The position numbers and the translations under genes were made by a program. From an uncultured Bacillota bacterium (GTDB lineage: Bacteria; Bacillota_I; Bacilli_A; RF39; UBA660), in the NCBI GenBank assembly GCA_947165005.1, contig CAMUYN010000004.1, forward strand, positions 1,927 to 65,926: a DNA stretch of 64,000 bases, given 5' to 3'. Shown here piece after piece: positions 44,901 through 50,710 of the stretch. The notes beneath the pieces are model-generated. The model made no database searches, had not been told where the DNA came from, and was given only the letters and a program-made list of their open reading frames with translations. The stretch's first letter is position 1, and each line of letters starts with the position of its first letter.

Positions 44901-47353
44901 ATGAATCCGGTACAAGAATAGACAGAATAATATATCAATATGGTACATCTAAGCTAGATATCATTAATAGTAGTATACTTGCAAATACAGAAATACCAGC
45001 AATAGAATTAAAAGATTCTTGCATAACAAATGTTATTTCTGGTGAAGTTAGTAGTAGTCTAGATATTGGAATTAAAGTAGCAGGTTCAGCACAATTAACA
45101 ATCGGTACACATGATTATAATGTAAGCACAGCAGATCCTATAATATCAGGAAAGACATATGGGTTATATAATTCTTCTACATCATCAACAGTTAATTTCT
45201 ATGATGGAGTAATAAGTGGTGAGACGGCTATATATGGTAAAATTTCAGTAGTAGAAGATGAATATGATATAGTTCTAAATAAAGTAGATAATGTAGAGCA
45301 TAAAACACTAGGTCTATTACCATTAATAGAAAATATTGATAAAAATACAACTCATTATACTTTGAAGGATGCAATTGATAAAGCAAGTAATAATGATAGA
45401 TTAGAATTATTAAGAGAATATACATCATCACCAATAGTAGAAACAGTAGAAAATAATAAGATATTAACACTTGATTTAAAAGGACATAAAATACAACAAA
45501 ATAATGCTAATTTATTAATAAATAATGGTACTTTAACGGTAAAAACTTCAATTGATGGAGGAAGGATAGAATCAAATTCAGGTGCAATATTTGTAAATAA
45601 TGGAACACTTACTATTGAAAATGGTAAATATACTCAAACAACTTCAAATTATGTGATTACAAATAATGTAGGAGCAACATTTAATATTACAGGAGGAGAA
45701 ATCTCTGTTCCTAAAGAAAATTCTATTAATAATTCAGGAATATTAAATATTAGTGATGCAAAAGTATATGCTACTTCTAATAGCTCATATACAACTCTTA
45801 TTAATAATACTGCTGATGGAGAAATAGTCATAAATAGAGGAGAATTTATTGATTTTACTTATAATAGAATAATAGATAATGCTGGAAGAGTGGAAGCGAA
45901 TAATTGTATCGTTGATATTGGACATAGCGCTTTAAATGAATCAAATGGTACATTTATAAGAAATACATCAAGTAATAGTTATGCAAAAATTAATGGTGGA
46001 ACATTTGGAGCAATCCTAGATGTAGCAGCTCATAGAGGTCTAATACTAACTAATGAAGCAGGTACTGCGGATATTACTGGTTTTATTGATAATTATTTTG
46101 ATAAGTATTCAACTGAAAGCGGTTCCTATAGTGGAATTTTGGTAGGTGGTGGAACAGTTAATATTACTAATGCTACTATTAATCAATATAAAAATAATAT
46201 TCCTATTTATGCAAATGGAACTGCTACAATAAATATATCAAATAGTAATATTAATCTTGGTAATACTGAATGCATTTCACTAAATGATTATTCTACAGCA
46301 AATATACTTTCAGGAACCATTAAATCTGATTTTACATATGCAATTACAATAAATGGTAATTCTAGTAAACATCCTACATTAAATATAGGTACTTTAGGAG
46401 GAACAGTTTCAACTAGTGATCCAATTATTCAAGGTAAAACATTTAGTATATTTAATAAAGATAATCAAGGTAGAGTTTATTTCTATGATGGTATATTAAG
46501 AGGTGAAACAGGTGTTATATCTGGTGCAATTACTGATTATGAACCTGGTTATAAAGAAGATAGGTATCAATATACTGACCCAGAAACAAGTATTAATTAT
46601 TATGAATCAAAATTAACTGTAATAAGTGATGATATAAGGGCAATATCTGTTGGAAATATAAATTTTGAATCTATTCAATCTGCAGTTAATTATGCAGTAA
46701 GTAATAATATTTCTAGAATCGATTTATATCATGATATAGAATTATCTAGTGATCTTATTAAACCTTCTGGAATAAATGTAGATATATATTTAAATAATTA
46801 TCAAATTATTACAGGTAGTTATACTATAGATTCTGGTATAAATCTTATAAGTGGTAACAATGAACCAAATAATAATTTAGGAGCAAGTATATTAAAACCT
46901 AAATATCATACTGAAAATATCGTTATTTATGAACTTGAAGATGGAAGTGAATTAGATACTACTAATACTTATAATCTATATAAATTAGTTCAAAGTAATT
47001 ATGATATTGTTAGAGTTAATGAAAATAGAATAGGTAATTATGATATAGGAAAAGATATAAAAGAATTAAGAACTGTAAATGGAAGAATTTACATCAATAA
47101 TTTATCTGAAGGCACTTATAAATTAGTAAGTTCATCTAATAAAGAAATTACTTTTGATGTATTATCTAATGGTGTAAGTTCTAATGTAAGAGTAAATGAT
47201 AAAGTAACTATTAATAGAATAGTGTCTGTTATAGCTACAGTTATATTACAAATACAAACAGGTAATAATAAATCTATATATCTATTACTAATTTTGTTAA
47301 TAATCATTGTTATTCTTGGTTTAACAGCAATAAAAAGACATAAGAGAATATAA
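35957..47353 (+). CDS. 3798-aa mosaic surface protein with N-terminal signal-anchor, a glycine-rich (ALK/LTK-type) domain, five beta-helix-like modules and a C-terminal QIQTG sorting signal
   Basis: A single uninterrupted 11,397-nt ORF with SD AGAGGA. N-terminus KKRIFALFGFMMLVIIATGVFIV. Domains are listed as sub-features. Confidence 0.9.
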   Translation: MKNFSKKRIFALFGFMMLVIIATGVFIVFKYDKYKGLINIKSSELKLLSDVSLATNIHGTDEVNYEVKYTLDKIDGVKKRDVVLKGELKSEYARFKGTNNSKITSEVTNDGKNIVMTIKDVPLGKEQTVKFKINVLNAPNKEEIKPIIDIKESTGEYARLDTDTLTVETNSVEGVVYDENNLKVKNIELSILKDDKEVKRTYTNTEGRFIFSDLEEGNYTVRVEEDIYELSSDSRTTENNENLILKVNEADKFNIEIHKYISNLKLVVDGKENNYSYDDVDKVVRSIKKFNNVSGEIEYKLVVKNNSDKNTKIKELVDSLGEGLSFDKSKNPGWEVIDNKIKFLPVEDVILSPYEKREYKITIDIVNTKELKTYINKLTTKGEINNKVVFILDGKEIRNINVIEGNKITKPELDKEIIWYTDINKTNQYNFNNSVTKDLILYGDYVKEEPDPDPIINVYTVTYLDQGNLFYEEEVEENSHAEGITDIPAKPHNIFIGWYLNDSLFDFDTLIAEDITLESKYEEVEAPSINRTPDGWTNNGLIVSISSDHDDYTYMYKIGDGNYTLYTGPFALNENDTIYAYSIKNGITSLETTLVIDTIDKINPTIVDSEITNITPISARLNLSILDEQSGLDKYRVYIDNVLVFESLSYVTNPNDEKNETYFISNLDELNTYVIKLEVIDKVGNKTSYEHNIDTPSKHYVARVLNYNLEEIQKFESLNEAITSDLCLSSCYIEMIDNVIESNIIGQNQNITIDLNGKVITGENNYALYNNGKLNIIDLNENYVGKVYSDNIAIINDGTLIVGINEEEPDVSDTQPIIEGNTSGIKNNSILDYYDGHIIGNVPVDGLVTETPFLHNTQIVETSGGKPETKLNKVADAVARLNSVYYTEAQAAIDKSLKGYEDEVDYTRPLIEQLRSDDNYRFIYDEKAHCVVNDNKYSSNTLAHSYIKLDLTNYTDSQMLTINAEIDNNGNSSSYGYVTITESIDTPLYNQTEGRLIYIKGKVSAKDYSTLLQKGKVYYIHIGYRKDSNNSVSTDTFRVNKITLGNFESASFSNLDEVIMYNDSSYYFEKDENDYYVSNNTGIHSSTAHSYFVVDLTNVNEDKYIVMNAKISSQSSDYGYITVNNNINLPPVTNSAGRQVYISGEQTNKQYIIKLYRNQINVVHLCYYKNGNTNTGEDKFTITSITPYANNAGYYDDVEMVNNGTYYFERQEDGSYKNNNKGVKSSVANSYMLFDLTNELEDLVVTIDVTISSENSDKGYITITDNPIAPLYSSATGRIYFSGGNTTTTVLQTTLSAGKKNYIHFGYRKDSSIDSYNDEFTINSLKILNPCTMDNIDFITTKTDNHSSSETIPVLNQKVETVELVKDVTLSQPLEIVSTRDVILDLNGKSLTTSAESEVINNKGSLKIIDTDFDRRKTINIEYKTEQARLFEQAREKYLADVEEYEEYAGLCDGCEPSEEYLVDQTIKQEIEYSGGEFVYTPHYTGSYKLEVWGAQGGSATYNNTTATGGYGGYSKGIVTLTEGAPIYINVGGQGVNNSDGDAPGGYNGGGACSKDNYGIGGSGGGATHVATKSGLLSTLNNDVDKILIVAGGGAGSGREYSNRSAIGGNGGGFEGNKGINSKDNPGIGGTQTSGGAFGKGPDYGGWYASPGGGFYGGTAGCGSGGGSGYIGNQLLTDKEMNCYECKESNEESTKTVSNTCVNDDPIENCSKIGNGYAKISMVLTDEEIEEMKKNLPKTYNIKTMPVFKDYLTEIDFDDSIDIDEITVDSEVSYNNKVEESVQGNVYSTTYSVILNNYGAYLNIESGNVTLDKSGYYHAINNKGKLTLGENAYVKALQKNNRGIYNNESGDILDGSGTITTEGADSIGILNDSVNDDKIKGYTIKNTQSTSYNFYNQNYHVLELDGITTSGPGTDIYQNADSDLTIKNSKLGSNNSNSYSFYSNESSIESIITFNNCNVLNEIRNRQNSYRKINIINSSLISTSNKKNIYNYNGEITLNNTIIINRSNNVSSIDNNSRYRPNGWAAPVPSIENYGIINISGGSINTEVAKNSNYSFIGIANLTGGTVNINGTFEIKDSHDNGILNYGTLTLGNNSDSVTLNPIIKGKTSAIYNAVSSTFNYYDGTLVGSLSKTLDGIVTSIPDNYDLYVTAEDNKETIVLKSYIDMIADEEYVAAIGMDKYVSIQSAIDSVSESNNPTEITLLRNIETAVNNNIPIGKNISVNQKNHFIKSHNTSSCFTNNGTFELTDDTNNPNYENITFSNLIINNGTANYSNIKSKIITTNKIIHNSAGATMNISNGEIYSTMYKIISNSGYMNIIDTKMSGNAYSTSQQDLLINNSNGSMVLTRCDIKYTYRGPTISNYGNLEIYDSTALLTGDFSATTVFVYNASSGYTKIEGGNYGASNSSNNKKGTLISNASGESLLKNVTSNFNRIAYVSGGTTNIQNGTYNCAGTKTIETAGGTINITGAAINNSSGGGGNDGLIYTTKTSTINITNTNINQTSSNTSNDYLIYPIGSDNESVITITNSTLISNYYTVYLASGSNANITLDIISGTLKSNNKNAIYIVSGTPTINIGVKDGDVSTQNPQIIGKTYGIYNGVTNTTINFYDGVISGETAIYGKMSEFEDGYDIVLNTVDNIEYKTLGLLPLIKNIDKDTTHYTLYDALDKASNNDRLELLREYTSSPAVSVVENNKILTLDLKGHKIQQNNTNLLINNGTLTIKSTEDGGMIESNSSEAIINNGTLNIESGKFNQTTTNYILKNNEGATLNINDGDISTTKTRAIDNYGYLNVNSGNIYSTDNNISMGDSTISLIKNSSTGEIVLDGGTITYSGRGSAINNSGTVESNNPTVNLYGYTSGWVSLTPYITNNSSGYVEITGGNYGKTANNGILIVNAGEAEVTNADSDLQKLLTNTGTLTVTGGDYTFGYKYLNGNRHYIIASGGTLDLSNIKITFENTGTSNTFGDYIIIYNDAEVTITNSIIKNESGTRIDRIIYQYGTSKLDIINSSILANTEIPAIELKDSCITNVISGEVSSSLDIGIKVAGSAQLTIGTHDYNVSTADPIISGKTYGLYNSSTSSTVNFYDGVISGETAIYGKISVVEDEYDIVLNKVDNVEHKTLGLLPLIENIDKNTTHYTLKDAIDKASNNDRLELLREYTSSPIVETVENNKILTLDLKGHKIQQNNANLLINNGTLTVKTSIDGGRIESNSGAIFVNNGTLTIENGKYTQTTSNYVITNNVGATFNITGGEISVPKENSINNSGILNISDAKVYATSNSSYTTLINNTADGEIVINRGEFIDFTYNRIIDNAGRVEANNCIVDIGHSALNESNGTFIRNTSSNSYAKINGGTFGAILDVAAHRGLILTNEAGTADITGFIDNYFDKYSTESGSYSGILVGGGTVNITNATINQYKNNIPIYANGTATINISNSNINLGNTECISLNDYSTANILSGTIKSDFTYAITINGNSSKHPTLNIGTLGGTVSTSDPIIQGKTFSIFNKDNQGRVYFYDGILRGETGVISGAITDYEPGYKEDRYQYTDPETSINYYESKLTVISDDIRAISVGNINFESIQSAVNYAVSNNISRIDLYHDIELSSDLIKPSGINVDIYLNNYQIITGSYTIDSGINLISGNNEPNNNLGASILKPKYHTENIVIYELEDGSELDTTNTYNLYKLVQSNYDIVRVNENRIGNYDIGKDIKELRTVNGRIYINNLSEGTYKLVSSSNKEITFDVLSNGVSSNVRVNDKVTINRIVSVIATVILQIQTGNNKSIYLLLILLIIIVILGLTAIKRHKRI
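36470..36646 (+). other. Carboxypeptidase-regulatory/Cna-B-like beta-sandwich domain
   Basis: VEGVVYDENNLKVKNIELSILKDDKEVKRTYTNTEGRFIFSDLEEGNYTVRVEEDIYEL. Confidence 0.6.
37115..37519 (+). other. Two Listeria-Bacteroides repeat (Flg_new-type) units
   Basis: VVFILDGKEIRNINVIEGNKITKP...WYTDINKTNQYNFNNSVTKDLILYGDY, and YTVTYLDQGNLFYEEEVEENSHAE...PHNIFIGWYLNDSLFDFDTLIAEDITLESKY. Confidence 0.65.
38714..39943 (+). repeat. Three tandem copies of an unassigned ~140-146-aa domain
   Basis: Copies start at about 38714, 39152 and 39572. Shared pattern: Y-[YF]-F-E...S-x-A-[HN]-SY...DLTN...[IV]-x-A-x-I-S-S...D-x-GY-[IV]-T-[IV]...GR...Y-[IY]-H-[IFL]-[GC]-Y-[RY]-K-[DN]...D-x-F-x-[IV]. Confidence 0.75.
40364..41128 (+). 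other. Glycine-rich domain of the Gly_rich/ALK-LTK GRD type
   Basis: EIEYSGGEFVYTPHYTGSYKLEVWGAQGG...TGGYGGYSKG...IYINVGGQG...PGGYNGGG...GGSGGGATHV...ILIVAGGGAGSG...GGNGGGFEG...GGGFYGG...GSGGGSGYIG...GNGYAKISMV. The local G+C is visibly higher because of GGN codons. Confidence 0.75.
43772..44105 (+). repeat. Intragenic DNA repeat, copy 1
   Basis: Aligns without indels to 45197..45530. My hand count gives about 37 mismatches in about 345 nt. The offset is exactly 1425 nt. Confidence 0.85.
45197..45530 (+). repeat. Intragenic DNA repeat, copy 2
   Basis: See copy 1. It encodes FYDGVISGETAIYGK...LGLLPLI.NIDK.TTHYTL.DA.DKASNNDRLELLREYTSSP...ENNKILTLDLKGHKIQQNN.NLLINNGTLT. Confidence 0.85.
47249..47353 (+). 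other. C-terminal sorting-signal-like tail: QIQTG + hydrophobic helix + KRHKRI
   Basis: Sequence QIQTGNNKSIYLLLILLIIIVILGLTAIKRHKRI-stop. Confidence 0.65.
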
Positions 47354-47376
47354 TCTCATATGTCTTTTTTTATATT

Positions 47377-47406
47377 AAAACAAGAGTTTAATATAACTCT
47401 TGTTTT
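47377..47406. terminator. Bidirectional terminator between convergent genes
   Basis: 12-bp stem aaaacaagagtt/aactcttgtttt, loop taatat. It overlaps the stop of the minus-strand lipoprotein gene. Confidence 0.7.
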
Positions 47407-48248
47407 AATTTATCAATATTATCATTCATTATAGAAATATAATTTTTACCATCATTTTTATCTTCTGTAGTTATATTATTAATTGGATCAATATATAATA
47501 CTTCTAATTCACTATTTTCTTCTTTTAATTTTTTTGTATATTCGTTTTCTTCATCACCAGATAAGATATATATATATTTTACTTCTCCATCAGTAACTAA
47601 ATTTTTAGCATCATTATATATTTTATCTGTTATTGATTTTTCATCTATTGAAGTAATATTTAAACCATATTTTGATAAGAATGTTAGTTCATTATTTTGA
47701 ACAATTATATCTTTATTAGAGGCATTTTCAGCCATTTCTTTTAGTTCAACATCTAAGTTTGAAATACTTATTTTTAACGTTTCATAGTTATCATCAATTT
47801 TTTTATCTAAGTTTTCAGAAGAAACATATTCTTTTAATCCTTCTTTTATATTTCTTGCGACCATTAATACATTTGATGGATTTATCCAAACTTCATCTTC
47901 TGAATACTTATATTCTATTCTGTTAGTGGAATCTATTATTCTTAATTTTCTATTATCATTAACCATAGTAACTATGTATTCTTTTTCTTTACCAAGACCA
48001 TTATATATAACTAAATCACTGTTACCATAATCTTTTATTTGTTTATTAGTTAATTTATAATCATATGGATTAATTCCTTGAGGATACATATTATTTATAG
48101 TAGAATAATTTCCATATAATTCACTCGTAACATACTCAATTGGATAAACACTAGTATATATAGTAATATTTTCCATAGAGTCAGTAGAACATCCAGTTAA
48201 TAAGAATAAACCTATTAATAATATTATAAAACTAATTTTCTTTTTCAT
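47388..48248 (-). CDS. Lipoprotein of the ZnuA/TroA-type solute-binding fold with substituted metal ligands
   Basis: Lipobox LFLLTGC. ZnuA-like blocks are present (YPIEYV...GINPYDYKLT...SDLVIYNGLGKE, EVWINPSN, TFLSKYGL), but the usual His positions read Y, E/V and N. Strong SD AAGGAGGAA. Confidence 0.6.
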   Translation of the reverse strand: MKKKISFIILLIGLFLLTGCSTDSMENITIYTSVYPIEYVTSELYGNYSTINNMYPQGINPYDYKLTNKQIKDYGNSDLVIYNGLGKEKEYIVTMVNDNRKLRIIDSTNRIEYKYSEDEVWINPSNVLMVARNIKEGLKEYVSSENLDKKIDDNYETLKISISNLDVELKEMAENASNKDIIVQNNELTFLSKYGLNITSIDEKSITDKIYNDAKNLVTDGEVKYIYILSGDEENEYTKKLKEENSELEVLYIDPINNITTEDKNDGKNYISIMNDNIDKLKQELY

Positions 48249-48468
48249 TTTTCCTCCTTAATGGTACTGGATCATAAATATTATCATGTTTCCAAGGTAC
48301 ACATTTACTTATTCTTTTTATAGTTAAATAAGTTCCATAAAAAAATCCAAATCTTTCATAAGCTTCTTTAGAGTATTCCGAACATGTTGGTATATATTTA
48401 CAATACTTATGAGAACTTAATGGTAAACTTTGATATATTTTTATCAAAAATATCATAAAATTTTTCAT
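48232..48468 (-). CDS. yidD: Membrane protein insertion efficiency factor YidD
   Basis: IKIYQSLPLSSHKYCKYIPTCSEYSKEAYERFGFFYGTYLTIKRISKCVPW...DPVP; 78 aa. Confidence 0.85.
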   Translation of the reverse strand: MKNFMIFLIKIYQSLPLSSHKYCKYIPTCSEYSKEAYERFGFFYGTYLTIKRISKCVPWKHDNIYDPVPLRRKNEKEN

Positions 48469-48554
48469 ACATTCACCATAACCATTTTATCATAAATATT
48501 ATCTTCTATCTAGTGTAAAGTAATAAATTAAAAAAATAATTAGTAAAATATATA

Positions 48555-48563
48555 TGTTATAAT
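48555..48563 (+). promoter_or_regulatory. Extended -10 element TGtTATAAT
   Basis: tgttataat lies 21 nt upstream of ATG 48584. Confidence 0.45.
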
Positions 48564-48583
48564 TAATAATAAGGAGAGATAAT

Positions 48584-49483
48584 ATGAATTGTAAAAATTG
48601 TGGTTTCCCATTAACAAATGACAATAAAACATGTCCTAGTTGTGGGACATTAAATGAAAATTATATAGAAAAAGAGGTTTTAGAAACACCAGTAGAGCAA
48701 GTTAAGGAGCAATCTTCATTTGATGATATATTTACACCTAATAATACTGTAGTAACTGAAGAGGTATCTGCTTATAAAGAACCAAAGAAAAAGAATACGG
48801 CATTAATTGTTATTCTTATTATTGTAGGATTATTAGTATTAGGATTAGGAGTATTTTTTTCAATCCGTTTTTTAGTAGGTAGAATAGGTACATTAACACC
48901 AACTACAGTAACACCTAGTAAACAAACAACTAATAATCAAACAACTAATACTAGTAGTAATAAGGATAAAGGTAAGAGATCAAATGTGAAAGTATATGTA
49001 GTTTTTGATAATATGACTATTGATGAAATAGTGGATAATATTTTTAAATTACAAAATATTTCTGCTGGTGAAAGTGCGTATTATTTTACAGATAGATTTA
49101 TATTGCCAGAAAATGCTTATATTTTATCAAATAAAGAACATAAATTTGGAACTAATCCTAGATGGAGTTTTGTTACATATTCAAAAGAAGGATACATGAC
49201 ACAAGTTTTACTTCAAGATATAAAAGAGGAAGACGATGGAACAATAACCTTTAGTAGGGGTGCTTATATAGATCCTTATATGCATTTTGCTGATTTAGAA
49301 AAAGCAGAAGAAGTCTATAAAGCATTATATGATAAATATAAATTAATGGGTACTATTGTAAAAGAAAGCAATCATGATAATGGAATGAGCACAAAAATAG
49401 AAATTGGTGGAGAAACTTATATGCTAGGTTTATATCATCACAATAATATTAAGCAAGTGCATATACAATTACCAATAGAATAA
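48584..49483 (+). CDS. Zinc-ribbon / single-pass membrane protein, unknown extracytoplasmic domain
   Basis: MNCKNCGFPL...CPSCG, helix ALIVILIIVGLLVLGLGVFFSI, T/N-rich linker, then a ~170-aa C-terminal domain. Confidence 0.7.
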   Translation: MNCKNCGFPLTNDNKTCPSCGTLNENYIEKEVLETPVEQVKEQSSFDDIFTPNNTVVTEEVSAYKEPKKKNTALIVILIIVGLLVLGLGVFFSIRFLVGRIGTLTPTTVTPSKQTTNNQTTNTSSNKDKGKRSNVKVYVVFDNMTIDEIVDNIFKLQNISAGESAYYFTDRFILPENAYILSNKEHKFGTNPRWSFVTYSKEGYMTQVLLQDIKEEDDGTITFSRGAYIDPYMHFADLEKAEEVYKALYDKYKLMGTIVKESNHDNGMSTKIEIGGETYMLGLYHHNNIKQVHIQLPIE

Positions 49484-49495
49484 TAGGAGAAAAAT

Positions 49496-50653
49496 ATGAA
49501 TTGTAAAAATTGTAATAGCTCTTTAGAAGAAGGAACAACATTTTGTCCAAACTGTGGGCAAGCAGTTAATGAAGAAATAGTAGAGGAAGTAACTAATGCA
49601 GCAACTACTGTTAATAATACTTCATTTAGCGAGAAGAAAAATAATAAAGCACCTTTAATAATAGGTATTATAGCAGGATGTTTAATTATTTTAGGTATAC
49701 TAATATTAGTTGCTATAAAATTTGTTATGCCTATTTTTAATAATAAATCATCTAGTGATAATAAACCTGAAACTAAAACCGAAGCAGTCAAAACAATTGA
49801 ATTGGATGAATATACATTTACATTGCCAGAAGGTTTTTCAGTATTGGAACCAAACGGTGTAAAAGTTGTTGGTAATGAGAATTTCTATTTTGTTTTAGAT
49901 AATGCAAGAATATCTGAATCAACTTATGATGATTTATTAGGAACAAAATATTATATTGCATTAGAATTATCTAAGACTTTAAAAGATATGAATTATATTA
50001 GTGCAGATGAAGAAATACATAATGGACAAAAATATTTAATATTTAGATTTTCATATACTCAAAGTGGAGAAACTTATTATTATGATTGCACATATACAGA
50101 ATTACCTGATGGTGCAGTATTAATAATGTGCATTGATTATATTCCTAATTATAAATCAACTGGTTATAATACACTAAGTACATTTATAAAATCAGCAAAA
50201 TCTAAAAAATCAGATACAAAAATAGGTAATGATACAGTTATAGGAAGTACAGAACTTGGATATTTAAAATTACCTGGAACATGGTATAGATTTTATGATA
50301 CAACAGGAAATAAATCAGGATTACAATATACTAAAGATTCTATATGGATAGTTAGTATTGATACTATTGATGTTTCATCTACTAGTACTGCAGAATTACT
50401 TGGTAAAACTGCAATTTATAGTATGAAATATGGTGATAATCCTGCAACTAAAGCAGAAGGTGCTAAGATTAAAGTTGCGGGTTATGATGGATATCAAGCT
50501 TATGGTTATTATGCAAGTGAAAACAAATATTTAGTGGAATGGTTCTTTGAACCAGGTGATGGTAAAGTACATTATATTAGTGTTGAAGGTCCAGATGCTT
50601 CATCAGACAATTTTAAAATTCCTGATACATTCTCACTTACAAAAATAAATTAG
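49496..50653 (+). CDS. Zinc-ribbon / single-pass membrane protein (paralogous N-terminus), unknown extracytoplasmic domain
   Basis: MNCKNCNSSL...CPNCG, helix PLIIGIIAGCLIILGILILVAI, then a ~290-aa C-terminal region. Confidence 0.7.
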   Translation: MNCKNCNSSLEEGTTFCPNCGQAVNEEIVEEVTNAATTVNNTSFSEKKNNKAPLIIGIIAGCLIILGILILVAIKFVMPIFNNKSSSDNKPETKTEAVKTIELDEYTFTLPEGFSVLEPNGVKVVGNENFYFVLDNARISESTYDDLLGTKYYIALELSKTLKDMNYISADEEIHNGQKYLIFRFSYTQSGETYYYDCTYTELPDGAVLIMCIDYIPNYKSTGYNTLSTFIKSAKSKKSDTKIGNDTVIGSTELGYLKLPGTWYRFYDTTGNKSGLQYTKDSIWIVSIDTIDVSSTSTAELLGKTAIYSMKYGDNPATKAEGAKIKVAGYDGYQAYGYYASENKYLVEWFFEPGDGKVHYISVEGPDASSDNFKIPDTFSLTKIN

Positions 50654-50677
50654 TCTTCAAATTGAAGACTTTTTTTG
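50652..50677 (+). terminator. Rho-independent terminator
   Basis: Stem agtcttc/gaagact followed by T7. TGaTATAAT follows. Confidence 0.75.
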
Positions 50678-50710
50678 ATATAATTGATATGTTTGATTGG
50701 AGGAAGTATT

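Noticed and set aside
9417-47353. The giant-protein loci as horizontally acquired islands integrated at tRNA genes.
   Set aside because: There is no integrase, transposase or phage gene. I noticed no direct repeat of tRNA 3' ends. The composition looks like the rest of the window, apart from the local GGN-rich Gly domain.
49438-49791. Minus-strand 117-aa ORF spanning the junction of the two zinc-ribbon genes.
   Set aside because: It overlaps two supported + strand genes and their SD. The hydrophobic translation mirrors the sense-strand TM helix. It has no SD.
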